A stretch of 56,494 nt of DNA, filler included, from Sanchytrium tribonematis (taxonomy: Eukaryota): the NCBI GenBank assembly GCA_018985235.1. It is 4 parts of 4 records of this genome, joined end to end, with 100 filler letters (N's around TTAATTAATTAA, not from the genome) between each part and the next. Parts side by side here need not be neighbours in the genome. Positions count along the whole stretch, not along the records: positions 28,394 to 42,462 come from JADGIG010000177.1; positions 42,563 to 56,494 come from JADGIG010000178.1; 2 more parts are not named here. One strand, written 5' to 3'. Position numbers and translations under genes: made by a program. Position 1 is the first letter of the stretch; every line of letters starts with the position of its first letter. This document shows positions 33,148 to 45,320 of this stretch, piece after piece. Below the pieces are notes generated by a model. That model made no database searches. It was not told the DNA's origin and saw only the letters and a list, made by a program, of their open reading frames with translations.

Positions 33148-34542
33148 ATGTCAACAATGAATCGTAATCAAGCTGTCAAATACTTACAGTTGCCACTAGG
33201 AGACTTCAGAATGATGTGCATATTGCTGCATGTGTCACCAAAGCTTGTTAATCACCAGCAACTCTATTTGGTAAAAGACATTAAGCATTTGTTACATCAT
33301 CCTTTGTTGCCAATTATTCGAGAGCTTAAAATTTTGAAAAGAAAGTGTATTCATTATTATCACAAAGATAATAATATTTATAAAGATTACATGGAAAAAA
33401 TTAATACTTTACTTTTATCTCAAATGCCAAAATTAATACAGCAAAATTACCCTAAATTTTACAATTTGTGGTATGATTTGGATGATATTTTGAGCTTATT
33501 GTATTGCATGCGACATATTCCTTCAAATGAATACGTCAGTAGCAAGGATGTTGCAAAAACCGAAAAGTTGTTAAATCAATTCGAACTATTGCTATGGAAA
33601 ATGAATATTGGATTAACCAAGTCATTTGTTAGCATCAAAGGCATTTATTTTCAGTTTGAATTACAGGATCAACCAATCACTTTTATAGTACCATTACGTA
33701 GCTCCCAATTAGAAGATATCGATGTCGACTATAAAGTCATGGCCACATTTCATTTGTACTATCAGTCAATTTTAGAGTTTTTCTTGTTCAAAATGGCAAA
33801 ATTACACTCCTTTGAATATCCCTTAGCATTAGAGAGCCTAAAAGTCCCTAATGCCATTCCAAAAAGCAAAATCATCAAAAGTAATAGTGCGGATATAACT
33901 GCTGAGGATTTTGACGTTCAAAATGTAAATTTTAAGAAATCTCAAAACTCTACTTTATTTTCGGGACTTAAATTTGTATTACATAGAGAAGTGCCGAAAG
34001 ATATTATTGCTTTTGCAATAAAATCCTGTGGTGGAGTCATTATTCCTTGCGACGTGAAAGAATTACAATTGTTGGATGGCATCATTGAAGTTGTGGATAA
34101 ACCTGCAGAGAAGGTCAGCTTATTTTGCACCAATGCACGTGCTGTAGTCCCTCAATATATTTTTGATAGTATCAATCATCAGAAACTCATTTCATTTGAA
34201 GGATATCGCCCTGGTGACAATCTTCCGAATCACGTCTCGCCATTCGCAAATTCAAATGAGACTTCAATCACGGCAGATCTTGTAGATCAACAGGAACAGA
34301 TATTACGCGAAGAAGAACTCAAAGAGTTAATGAATGAAGATGATTCTAAAGGATTTATTGTAAAAGAATACGAAAACTTGGAAGTTAGTGAGGATGCAGA
34401 AACCCTCGAAGCAAAAAAGGAAGTTAATATTTCAACCATGACCCAAAAGGAGAGACGACAGCTTGGTCATATAATTTCAGCGAAGTCTAAAAAAATTGAA
34501 GAGGCCAAAAAACTCGCTCAAAAACGACGAAATAAAATTTGA
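33148..34542 (+). CDS. NOP7: Pescadillo/Nop7 ribosome biogenesis factor
   Basis: RNQAVKYLQL, KSFVSIKGIYFQ, DVDYKVMATF, BRCT-like region with PQYIFDSIN, LPNHVSPF. Confidence 0.88.
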   Translation: MSTMNRNQAVKYLQLPLGDFRMMCILLHVSPKLVNHQQLYLVKDIKHLLHHPLLPIIRELKILKRKCIHYYHKDNNIYKDYMEKINTLLLSQMPKLIQQNYPKFYNLWYDLDDILSLLYCMRHIPSNEYVSSKDVAKTEKLLNQFELLLWKMNIGLTKSFVSIKGIYFQFELQDQPITFIVPLRSSQLEDIDVDYKVMATFHLYYQSILEFFLFKMAKLHSFEYPLALESLKVPNAIPKSKIIKSNSADITAEDFDVQNVNFKKSQNSTLFSGLKFVLHREVPKDIIAFAIKSCGGVIIPCDVKELQLLDGIIEVVDKPAEKVSLFCTNARAVVPQYIFDSINHQKLISFEGYRPGDNLPNHVSPFANSNETSITADLVDQQEQILREEELKELMNEDDSKGFIVKEYENLEVSEDAETLEAKKEVNISTMTQKERRQLGHIISAKSKKIEEAKKLAQKRRNKI

Positions 34543-34663
34543 AACAATAAATCATTATCTTTTGAGGTGCTTTCTGTTTCTTTTCTACCGCCATTCTTGA
34601 GATCTTTTTTTTCGAAACCATTTTATTTGCATCAGTAAGCTAAGTGTGTTTACTCCTTTAAAC

Positions 34664-34990
34664 ATGTCTACAACAATAATTGATTCCAAAGCTGATCGAA
34701 CAGAAGAGGAAAATAGGATGGCTGAACTATCAGAAATGGAAAGCGGCCCTTTTAAAATTATTATGGCAGCTATTAAATTACGAAAGAAAATTTTAATTTC
34801 ATTGCGAAATAATAAAAAAATTATAGGTACACCAAAAGCTGTAGATCGCCATTGTAATTTGGTGATCGAAAACGCAACTGAAATGTGGATTGAACATCTT
34901 AATAATGAACCAAAGCGACAAGAACGATTCATCAGCAAGTTATTTGTCAGAGGAGATGGTATAATAATTGTTGTTGAAGTTACGGAATAA
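34664..34990 (+). CDS. SMD2: Spliceosomal Sm protein D2
   Basis: GPF, LRNNKK, DRHCNLVIEN..EMW, RFISKLFVRGD. Confidence 0.9.
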   Translation: MSTTIIDSKADRTEEENRMAELSEMESGPFKIIMAAIKLRKKILISLRNNKKIIGTPKAVDRHCNLVIENATEMWIEHLNNEPKRQERFISKLFVRGDGIIIVVEVTE

Positions 34991-34992
34991 AT

Positions 34993-36155
34993 TTATTGCT
35001 CCCCGGATGCAATTTCTAAAAGCTGTTGTTTTATCTTCAAATTTAAGGCCCTAATTTGGTCAACGAACAGTTGCAACTCGTGAGCCTGTTTTTTAGCACT
35101 ATTCATTGCATCTACGATCTTTTCAAAATGTTTCTGATCATCTTTTGACCAATTGATTGCATTTTGTCTTTTAATTTTCAATTCGAGTTTCTTCAATTGT
35201 TCCGCGCGTTTCTTTTTTTCTACTTCCTTGGTGCCTTTACGTTGCCTAAATTCGTCGTAAAGCTCGGACATATGTATGCCAATGATCGTAGTAGGAAATC
35301 CAAGACACAAAGCACCGCAGAACATTGTCAAAGCGCCGAAAAATTTTCCAAGTCCAGAAGTTGGATACCTACGTGAATTTAGATTTACATGTCTCCATAT
35401 CCTACTGTACAAAGAGTCACAATGGCCCACCATAATGAGTGGGGAATGCTTTGAAATTGCGTTGCTTGGCCATTTAATGGACCATCATTGTAAATCAGAA
35501 CACCCTGATCATCCCGATCGCAAATTCCTTGTTCTGAAAAGAATACAAAACTAGCTGAAATAAACATCAAATTTAGCATTAGAAACAAAAGCAAGAACAC
35601 TCCATCTCTTGACCTACTTAATGCTTTTATCAAAATAATAACTTGCTGTGCATTCTTATGAGCCTTAAACAATCTAAAAACTCGAAGCAAACGAATAACC
35701 CTAATGACTGCCAAACTTGAAGAATTAGAATCAACTAAGATCAATTCAATGAAGAAGGGTAAGATTGCAACAAGATCAATGATCCAGGATGGTTGTACCA
35801 TAAGTCTAGGCACGTACGAGAATCTAGGACAAGATAAAATTCTCACAGTATATTCAACTAAAAAGACAACAGTAAAAAGCAATTCTAGAAGAAAAAACGT
35901 AAAAGCTTGCTCCGCAGTATTACTCAAGTCATACACAGTTTGCAAAATTAACGTCAGTACGCTACCACAAATAACGAAAGTCATGACTATGCTCCAAAGG
36001 TATGCAGCTCCTGATGAAGATGGTTGAGTCAAAAACAAGAACAACTTCTTTTTCAGGTTTAAAATAATTCCATCTGAAGACGAGGATTCAAATTCTTTAT
36101 ACATTTTCTGCTCCCATTCAGCTAGAGTAGAATTGTTAGATAAAACAGAAGTCAT
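34993..36155 (-). CDS. Voltage-gated K+ channel, 6-TM Kv type (intron 35369-35388)
   Basis: S4 IRVIRLLRVFRLFK; pore WWAIVTLCTVGYGDM-YPTS; S6 LGFPTTII. Confidence 0.92.
35369..35388 (-). other. 20-nt spliceosomal intron
   Basis: gtaaatctaaattcacgtag; removal restores GYGDMYP. Confidence 0.93.
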
Positions 36156-36588
36156 AATTTTGGTGGCTTAGCTTTACATTTTAATGACGTTTAAAGCATA
36201 CAAATAAGAATATCTCTCCGACTTGTGTTTACTGGTGCTCAATATATAATTCTGAAAATGAAATGAATGCCATTGGACAAAATCACGTGCTTTCGGATCC
36301 TTCAGAAGACAACAGGTTAGAAGGGAAACAAAAGTAAGTATTTTATTGTGATGACAAGACACCTCATGTATTAGATAGTTTCTGGAACTGTCTATGAACT
36401 CAAATTTTAGTCTGAAATATTCTATCTAACGTAGAAAAATTCTAAGCTCGATATTTATTTTAATAAATCATTAGTATTGTTTATCTGTCATATTACATAA
36501 GAAGCCATAACATCGTCGCTTAACAGCCAACAATTTCTCAATATCAAATTAAACTTACTCAATTAGTTAGGGGTAGTTTCAGCTGAAA

Positions 36589-38044
36589 ATGGATGACTCT
36601 CACGAAGAAAAAGTTGTAGAGGTGGATCCAAGCAATAGATTTGAAAGATACCAAATTCTTTTAGGGCATGGAGCCTTTAAACAGGTTTGGAAAGCATTTG
36701 ATCAAGAAGAGGGATTTGAGGTCGCTTGGAATATTTTACGAATTCCGGAACTAAAAAAACAAAAAATCCAAGAGTATACGTCCACAAATTATACTTCTCC
36801 GTCAAGTGATATTTGGAATAAGAAAGTTTTAGATGAAATTGAAATATTAAAGTCACTTAATCATCCAAATATCATTAATATTATATATGCATGGTACACT
36901 GTTCATCCTGAATTCGGCCCATGTGTGTGTTTTATAACTGAATTGATGACCAGTGGGACTTTGAAATCATTTTTACGTAAAACTAAGCAGTTGAAACTTA
37001 AAGTTTTCAAAAATTGGTGCTATCAAATTCTTTCTGGACTGCACTATTTACACACGAGAAATCCACCGATAATACACAGAGATCTAAAGTGTGAAAATAT
37101 ATTTATCAACGGAAACAATGGTCAAATGAAAATTGGTGACTTGGGTTTGGCGGTTGTTAAAAGTCGTGATCATGTTTCTACGTTCACTGGAACACCTCAA
37201 TTTATAGCCCCCGAACTTTGTACTTTGATTTTACTTAGACGACGAAAAATACGACGAAAAAGTGGATATTTATGCGTTTGGAATGTGCATGCTGGAAATG
37301 ATCACCAAAGAATACCCTTACTCAGAATGCACAAATCAGGCACAAATATATCGCAAAGTTTCACAAGGTGTTAAACCGAAAGCATTAGACAAAGTACAGG
37401 ATGAAGGTGTAAAACAAATGATATTGTGGTGCACTGATTTTGACCCAAACAAAAGGCCTACGACTCAGAATTTATTGGAAAACGATTTTTGGAATATCAC
37501 ATCAAATGGAACTCCTACTTCTTCCACGACAGGCCCTAATCTTGAAGAAAGTGAAAGCAATTCCTCAACTCTTTTAGAAACCAGACCTAGATCATTTAGT
37601 TGCCCTGGGTCAATATCTGAACTATCGGCTCAAGTTGTGAAGCTTCAGATACATACAACAGACATGCCCGCTATAAGGCAAATTCTTTTACACTTAAGCG
37701 ACGGTCAAGATATCAAGTTTGAGTATGATGCAGTTAGTGATACCCCAGAAATGATTGTTGCTGAAATGAGAAAAGAAGATCTTTGGACAGGTCCATCCGG
37801 GGAGCTGGAGCAGATACTTAGAGAAAGTCTTGTCCAAGCTGAGCCAATAGCTAGAGACTTTGAAACTGCTAACAAGATATTTTATGAAAGAGCTTTTGAA
37901 ATTGATCTTCCTAGATTTTTTACACCCCCGCCTGTAAATCCAGACCCCAATACTAGCGCGGCCTTTACAAACGATATATCAAAAGCAACTGATCGTCCAT
38001 TAGGAAAGTTCTCCCCCAAATCATTAGATCGTAGGAAATCCTAG
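36589..38044 (+). CDS. WNK: WNK-family kinase (intron 37220-37238)
   Basis: GHGAFKQV, EVAWN, TELMTSGTL, HRDLKCENIFING, GDLG, spliced APELY-DEKYDEKVDIY. Confidence 0.92.
37220..37238 (+). other. 19-nt spliceosomal intron
   Basis: gtactttgattttacttag; removal restores APELY. Confidence 0.93.
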
Positions 38045-38087
38045 AATAAATTGTTAAACCATTTAAAGATTTTTAATTGTCTGAAAC

Positions 38088-38630
38088 ATGTTTCGTCAAC
38101 CCAATAAATCTCTCACCTCAATGACTAGTGGAGTCACAACCCATTTCGCCAGCAAATCTTTATCTGAATTACCAGAGCAAAAGGATTTTGACCATGTTTT
38201 TACAAGCTTTTTTCGTGGAAAAGCCCCCGTAGTGATCCAACACGACATAAAAGATAGGAGCCCACTAATTTCGAATAAACCTAAAAATGATATAGACCAA
38301 TTCATCAATCAGGTTGAACATTCTAACCAAAAAGAAAATAAGGAAGAAAGTCTTGGTTCTCAAATTCCGCTTATGGACGTTGTCCAAACAGCACAAATCG
38401 ATGATAGCAGCTATACCCCTATGGTAATTAGTCAAGTTATCATAGCAACTCCTTCACAAGACATTGATGAAATGACAATTCAAGGCGAATTTACACGAAG
38501 TAGAAGCAATTCAAATTTTTTAGGAAGAAAACGAGCCTTGACTGTGCCAAATTTGAAAAATGATGAAAACTTTGTTAGTGGCTTGAGAGTTAGCAATCGT
38601 GATATAGATGAATATTTAAATAATAAATAA
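38088..38630 (+). CDS. Hypothetical low-complexity protein
   Basis: 180-aa ORF filling the gap between WNK and the V-ATPase gene. Confidence 0.45.
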   Translation: MFRQPNKSLTSMTSGVTTHFASKSLSELPEQKDFDHVFTSFFRGKAPVVIQHDIKDRSPLISNKPKNDIDQFINQVEHSNQKENKEESLGSQIPLMDVVQTAQIDDSSYTPMVISQVIIATPSQDIDEMTIQGEFTRSRSNSNFLGRKRALTVPNLKNDENFVSGLRVSNRDIDEYLNNK

Positions 38631-38666
38631 TTTAATTTACGACTCATTAAATATTTTTTAAAACCA

Positions 38667-41037
38667 ATGTTTCGATCCGAAGAAATGACACACTTTTCGT
38701 TATACTTGCCAGCCGATACCGCAAAAGCATGCGTAGCTGAGATGGGAACTCTTAGTCTGATACATTTCAGAAACATCAATAATAGCAAGTCTTTTGAAAA
38801 AACTTTTGCTCAGGACATCAAGCAAGTTGAAGAAGTATTGCGAAAAATTCGATGGATGGAAAAACATTTAGATGTTCAAATCGAAGACTCTGATTTTACA
38901 AATCTCAAAATATCAGAGGTGGAGAGTAAGGTCAACGATGTAGAACAGCGAATGTTGGCACTCGTTCAATCTAGAGATACAATGGAGTCACAAATGATAA
39001 GCAAGACTCAACATATTCATGTTATAGAACATTTTGGGCAACTTACTTCTAACGAAAGGTACTCAATGATATCTAGTAATGAAAGCGATGTTGGCACCAA
39101 AGTAATTGCAGGTGTGATATCCAGAGAAAAGATGTCAGCCTTGGAGCGTATACTTTGGAAAACTTTAAGGGGAAATTTGTACATGAGTACTGCTGATATT
39201 GATATCACTACTGAAAAAGAAATTCAACATAAATGTGTATTTGTGTTTTATGCTCATGGATCTATTATGGAGGCCAAAATAAGCAAAATTTGTGCTTCTT
39301 TAGGAAGTCAGTTGTATAATATAGAATTGGAAAGTTCAAAACGGTATGTTCAATTGGAGCAGTTGAATAGCCAGCTAAAAGATATCCAACAAGTGTTAGC
39401 AACAGCTAAACAATCTTTAATGACCGAAACATCACGTTTGGCGGGTCAATTACCTCAGTGGAAAACATCTGTACTTATGGAATTAAAAATTTATGAAACT
39501 CTGAACCAAATGAATACAGATGGTAAATCCTTTATAGCCGAAGGATGGTGTCCAACAATATCATTGAACTCGATCCAAAGAGTGCTTAGAAGCGTTTCCG
39601 AGCAAAACGGTAGTTCAGTCACGCCCATTCTAACAGAACAACCAACCACTTTAGAACCTCCTACTTTTCATAAAACCAACAAGTTTACCAAATGCTTCCA
39701 GGAAATCATAGACGCTTACGGGATGGCCAAATATCAGGAAGTTAATCCTGGGCTATTTACTATTATATCTTTTCCATTTCTATTTGCAGTCATGTTTGGA
39801 GATTTCGGGCATGGAATTATTGGAACTTGCTTGGCTGCCTACCTTATTTATAAAGAAAAACAGCTGGCCCCTATGGCCCGTAAATCCGAAATGTTTAATA
39901 TGTTATTTGCTGGTCGTTATATTATGCTACTTATGTTTCTATTTTCAATATTTACTGGTTTAATTTACAACGATGCATTTTCTAAAACAGTTTATTTTTC
40001 CGAAAGCAAATTTTTCAGCGAAAGCGTCGACGGCGATCATAAAATATTGCCGCGCATAGATTATTATTACCCATTTGGAATCGACCATTTGTGGAATATG
40101 TCGGAAAACAAGCTGCTGTTTCTAAATTCTTACAAAATGAAAATGAGTGTTATTATGGGAGTCACTCACATGAGTCTAGGTATTTTTTTGACAATATTCA
40201 ATTACATTCACTTTAAACACGCATCAGCCATAATTTTAGAGTTTGTACCTCAGATAATATTCCTCCATTCTATTTTCGGTTATTTGGTAATTATGATATT
40301 TGCAAAGTGGAACACTCAATGGCTTGACCAAGATGGAAATCTTTTGGGCGAACCGCCAGCTCTATTGAATATGCTAATTTTCATGTTTTTATCTCCGGGT
40401 AATTTAGATGGTAAGCCTTTTTATGATGGTCAGGCAGTTGTTCAAACCATCCTCGTGCTAGTTGCCTTGATCTGTGTTCCCTGGATGCTTTTAGGGAAAC
40501 CTTATATGATGCGAAGAGAGCATAACAAGAGAATCGGCGAAGGTTATGGTGTTGTTCCCAGCAGGTCAAATAGTATAGATGCAGATTCACCTGTCTCGCC
40601 AAAGCTAGAAAAATTAGAGACACAACCGATAGAAGATCATGAACAGGGAGAAAAGTTCGATTTTTCCGAGGTGATGATTCAACAAGTTATACATACAATT
40701 GAATTTTGCCTAGGGGCTGTTTCAAATACTGCTTCGTATTTGAGATTATGGGCGCTTTCTCTTGCTCACGCTCGTACTTAGATTTAATTTAGAATTATCA
40801 GAAGTTTTATGGGATATGACTCTGGCAAGTGCATTCGAAATGAAAGGCGCTGCTCAGGTTATTGCAGTATTTTTGCTATTCATATTTTGGTTTAACGCAA
40901 CTGTTTCAATATTAATTGGAATGGAAGGTATGTCTGCATTTTTACACGCATTGAGGCTCCATTGGGTTGAATTTAATAACAAATTCTATCAAGGATCAGG
41001 TTACAAATTTGAGCCATTTACTTTCAAAGATATTTAG
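38667..41037 (+). CDS. VPH1: V-ATPase V0 subunit a (intron 40774-40792)
   Basis: [53 protein letters not shown]. Confidence 0.96.
40774..40792 (+). other. 19-nt spliceosomal intron
   Basis: gtacttagatttaatttag; removal restores AHAQLS. Confidence 0.94.
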
Positions 41038-41038
41038 A

Positions 41039-41977
41039 TTAAATTTTACTGAATTTCACTTTTTTGATTTTCCTGTCTAAATTATCCAGCTGTATCTGTT
41101 TTCTTCTCTCTTTTAGAATCTTCTTGTCATGGACGCGCTGCCTTAAAATTGACTTTTCTTCAGCAGATTTTGTTACAAACTTATTGTAGACGACTTCTCC
41201 CTCATCAGTTCCCACTACGTTTTCTACAATTTTGTGAAGTTCAAGATCCAGTTTAGGACCTATTTCTGTGAGTTTCAGTCCAGATTTTGGCTTTGTCGAT
41301 TGAGAAATACTTGAAATTGCGTCAGAAATATCCCCAAATTTGCCTATGTCTATATTGGAGCAAGTGACAGCTGAAACAAAACTTCCACTGTCAGTTTGAT
41401 CAACATTGTCAATAAAGTAATGTCTCATGAAAATCTTGTCTTCTTTATGGTCATGGTGAAACAAAAGAACTCTTTTGATCTGCTTAATTACAATCTCTTG
41501 CAGATTGATTGGAGGAAACGCACCTTGAATAATTTCTTTCGCCAATTTTAATTGTCTGCTCCCATCGAAATTATTAAAAATAATGATAGGTGGATGCGTA
41601 ATGGTACTTTGAGAAAAAGATTTATGATTGCTCTGAACTCTAGCTAAATCCGCATGGGCCGCTAAATTTAAAACCTTAAAGCTCAAGGTGGGTCCCTGAG
41701 GAGTCCTTGAAATCTTCAAATTGAGTCCCTTATCAGTCATATTGTAAACCCATATATGACCGCAATTTAAAGGACCGGCCATTGAAGTGAAATCTTTAAT
41801 TGAGTTACTAGATTTTTGTCGAAGTTTTGTCATCACAAACGGCTCAAGCATGCTTTTGGTGTTAGTAACTAACTCTTTCAAGACAGGGCAGATATTGGAG
41901 CAGTTTTGGATCACTATCGATCTAGGAAAAGTCTCTTCTTCAGTTTTATGAGTTCGACTTTTTCGTTTTCTCCCCAT
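41039..41977 (-). CDS. SSF1: Ssf1/Peter Pan Brix-domain protein
   Basis: MGRKRKSRTH, KDFTSMAGPL, PQGPTLSF, LTEIGPKL. Confidence 0.88.
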   Translation of the reverse strand: MGRKRKSRTHKTEEETFPRSIVIQNCSNICPVLKELVTNTKSMLEPFVMTKLRQKSSNSIKDFTSMAGPLNCGHIWVYNMTDKGLNLKISRTPQGPTLSFKVLNLAAHADLARVQSNHKSFSQSTITHPPIIIFNNFDGSRQLKLAKEIIQGAFPPINLQEIVIKQIKRVLLFHHDHKEDKIFMRHYFIDNVDQTDSGSFVSAVTCSNIDIGKFGDISDAISSISQSTKPKSGLKLTEIGPKLDLELHKIVENVVGTDEGEVVYNKFVTKSAEEKSILRQRVHDKKILKERRKQIQLDNLDRKIKKVKFSKI

Positions 41978-42008
41978 TGTATCCTCCTTCAAAGATATAA
42001 ATTTACTG

Positions 42009-42236
42009 ATGGAAAATCATACCAAACTGAAATGCCTCAAATGTGACCAGGACTGCCTTCACAGGAAAAATTCGTTCTACAATGACACGAAATTAAAGCT
42101 TCGAGAATGTTATCCGAATATTTCTGAAAAATACTTCAAAGAGTCCCAAGAAGACTGTTTTTACTGCTCATGTTCTTATCACAACAAAGATCTTAAATAT
42201 TCTAATAAAAAACCTACATTTTGGGTTTTAAAATAA
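42009..42236 (+). CDS. Small Cys-rich protein, C8orf37/CFAP418-like
   Basis: LKCLKCD...RECYPN...YCSCSY...WV pattern recalled from C8orf37. Confidence 0.45.
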   Translation: MENHTKLKCLKCDQDCLHRKNSFYNDTKLKLRECYPNISEKYFKESQEDCFYCSCSYHNKDLKYSNKKPTFWVLK

Positions 42237-42277
42237 ATTTGTTTTGCAGTTTTCAATTTACAAACCTATCTGAAACA

Positions 42278-42462
42278 ATGTCTGGTAGTATCGGAATCAA
42301 TGTAAGAATAGATTTATCAGACCAAAATCATAACCGCCTGTACGAGAGCCTAAAATTGATTCACACAAATATTAAAATACAAGGAGAAGTGGAAAGTGGA
42401 GAGATTGTAATATCCAATTCTTGGGATACCTTGAAAAATCTACACGAGCCTATTACAATCAT
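42278..42462 (+). CDS. Hypothetical protein (3' partial)
   Basis: Open frame running into the spacer. Confidence 0.35.
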
Positions 42463-42562
42463 NNNNNNNNNNNNNNNNNNNNNNNNNNNNNNNNNNNNNN
42501 NNNNNNTTAATTAATTAANNNNNNNNNNNNNNNNNNNNNNNNNNNNNNNNNNNNNNNNNNNN
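42463..42562. other. Artificial contig spacer
   Basis: N44-TTAATTAATTAA-N44. Confidence 0.97.
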
Positions 42563-45209
42563 AAACAGACTGAGACTCAACTGTCAGAATTGAACAATCA
42601 ACTAGAAAATGACAAAAAAATAATCAGTAATCATGAGTTACAACAGAAAAAATTGAGCCAACAAATCGAACAGTTGAAACAAGATATCCAATCTGTCAAT
42701 GCTAGCAAAGAACAAGTTGCCAAGCAGAAAGACTCTATTGAAAATGAATTGCGTAATCTGATTGACCAAATTGGAGAAGGTGGTAAAAATCTCCATGACT
42801 TGGAAAAATCAAAAAGAAAACTTGATCAAGAAATCAATCGATTACAAGATGAACTGCAAGAAGAGCAACTGGCAAAACAGCAACTCCAACAAGATTTGAG
42901 AACCCAGCAAGATTTGGTTCAAGATACTAGAATCAAACTGGAAGAAGAGTTGGCCATGAAAGATCAAATGATGGAGGAAACTCGAAGACTGTTAATGAAA
43001 GAAGTTAACGATTTAGGTGAACAATTAGAAGAAGTCACTAAAAACTTCAAAGATTCACAAACTCAACAAAAAATATTGAAACAGCAAATAGATGAGCTTC
43101 AAAATATTGGTGATGATACTCTAAAAAATAAGAGCGACTTGGAACGAAACAAAAAGAAGCTGGAGGCACAACAGGCGTTGACTTTGCAGCAATTACAAGA
43201 CGCCGTTAAGGAAAAGCAGCAATTTGAAGAATTAGCTCAAAGACAAGAAAAAAGAGCTATGCAACTTCAAAAAGAAAGTGATTTATTTGAAGAGCAATTC
43301 GAAACGAGTGAATCTAAGAGAAAACAGGTTGAGAAGAAATTGGAAGAGTTACAGAAAGAATTCCAAGTTTCAGAGCAGCAAAGAATCCAGTATCAAAATG
43401 ATAGCAAGCGATTATCCGCAGAAAACAAACAGCTCTACAATGAGCTAGAAACCGAAAAGGAGCAAAATCAATCTTTGCAATTGAATAATAATACAAACTC
43501 ACTTGAGATTGAGCAATTAAGAACCAAATTTCAACAAGAATTTGAACTCAAAATTGAAGAGGTTGAACAACAAAGACGTGCTTTACAAATTAAATACAAA
43601 TTACAGGAGCAGGAGGTTGCAGATAAGGATGATGAAATTGCTGCATTACAAAAGAATGTTAACAACATTAAATCTGAGCTAACCGACTTGCAGCATAGAT
43701 TGGACTCTGCCGAATCTAGTAAAAATGAGGACGGTAATAAGGTTCGTAAACTTCAAAATGAAGTCAAAGATGCCATTTCAAAGTTCAATTTGGAAACTGA
43801 AAAGAATCGTGAAATTAATGATTTATTGGCACAATATAGGCAGAAACATGATCAATTAAATGTCAAATACAACGACTTGGAATTACAACGATTGAAGCAA
43901 GAGCAATTGACCAACCAGGTTCAATTGAAATTAAAAGATGCTCTTTTGCACAATGATGAATTTCAAACCCAAAAGAAAGAATTGCTTGATAAGATCTCTA
44001 ATCTACAAAACAGCAATCAACAATTGCATGATGAATTAGAAGATAACAAGTTTGAACATGAGCAATTATTGACTAATAATAAGAAATACTTGCAAGATGT
44101 TCAATACTTGAACACGCAATTAAAACAGATCCAACAAGATCATTATGACGAATTCGAGCAACACCAGTTGAAATTTAGCAAGCAATTGCAACATTTACAA
44201 CAAGAATTACAAATGAACAAAGATAGTGAAAATAATCTAAGATCTGATATAAATTCTTTGACAAATGAAAGATCTGAATTGGGACACAAGTTGAATGCCT
44301 TACAAGACAATTATGAGTTGTTACAACAAGAAAGTCAAAAGAGAGAACAAAACGAGTCTGAATTAAAGAGAATTAACAATCAAATGATTTCTCAAGTTGA
44401 TGATTATTTGAGTCAAATTAACAGTATGACGCAATTAAATAAAGAATTAAGAGGTAGAATTGATACCAGTGATTCTGAAATTGTAAGATTACAAAAATTG
44501 ACAAAACAATTGACTTTGCAATTGGAAGATTTGACAACCAACACCAGCGATTCTCAAAGAATCAAGAATGAATTCCAAAATACTCTTAGTGCATTGGAAA
44601 GAGATCGTGACGAATTGAAAATTTTGTTAGAAGAAGAAAGAGATGAAACTAGCTTAGCAAGAGAGAAGATGCGAAAGGCTGAAGCTTATAACAATGAGTT
44701 GCAAAATACTATAATCAAATCTAGAGCTGAACTAGAAGAGTATGAGACCAAAAATGTAGTTTTAACTTATTTAGAGTGCGCTAGATAAACAAGTGAAAGA
44801 GTTGAGCATGAGGTTGTTAGATTTTGAACAAATGGCTAAGAAGACTGACAACAAGGCTAGCAAATTTATTGAAGATAGATTGAATGAATTGACTTCACAA
44901 CTTGAAAAGGAAACAAGAGAGAAAGATGAACTGAGCAGAAACATCAGAAAAACGGACAGAACGATTAGAGATTTGCAAGTCAGATTGGATGACGCTGATA
45001 AACAGAGATTGCGACTGAGTGAAGAAATTGCCAAGTCTGAGCAAAAGGCTAAGCAATTCAAACAAAGAGTTGAAGAATGTGACACCAATGAAGGTTTAAT
45101 GCAATTGCAGTTAAGAAAAATTCAACGTGATGCGGATGAATATAAAGAAAAGAGTGATCGTTTGGAAAAAGAGAACGAGAGATTAAAGGTAAGAGCAGAA
45201 AGATCCTAA
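42563..45209 (+). CDS. Myosin II heavy-chain tail (5' partial; intron 44756-44774)
   Basis: Long coiled coil with GGKNLHDLEKSKRKL and RNIRKTDRTIRDL. Confidence 0.8.
44756..44774 (+). other. 19-nt spliceosomal intron
   Basis: gtagttttaacttatttag; joins the ORFs (TKN-SALDKQVKEL). Confidence 0.9.
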
Positions 45210-45320
45210 TAAATCTATATATCTTTGAAAGCACCGTTACGAAGACTACCTCTTTATTTTGATTGGCTTAGTCACGTTTCAACTAATTGGGAAATTATAA
45301 CTTTCCTTGTAAACGTACAA

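Noticed and set aside
36772..36805. In-frame intron explaining the WNK insertion
   Set aside because: The candidate is 33 nt, lacks the branch consensus and is not AT-rich like the real introns
38031..38087. Intron joining WNK to ORF 38088
   Set aside because: No GT..AG of 19-20 nt with the -6 A; the WNK stop is followed by AATAAA
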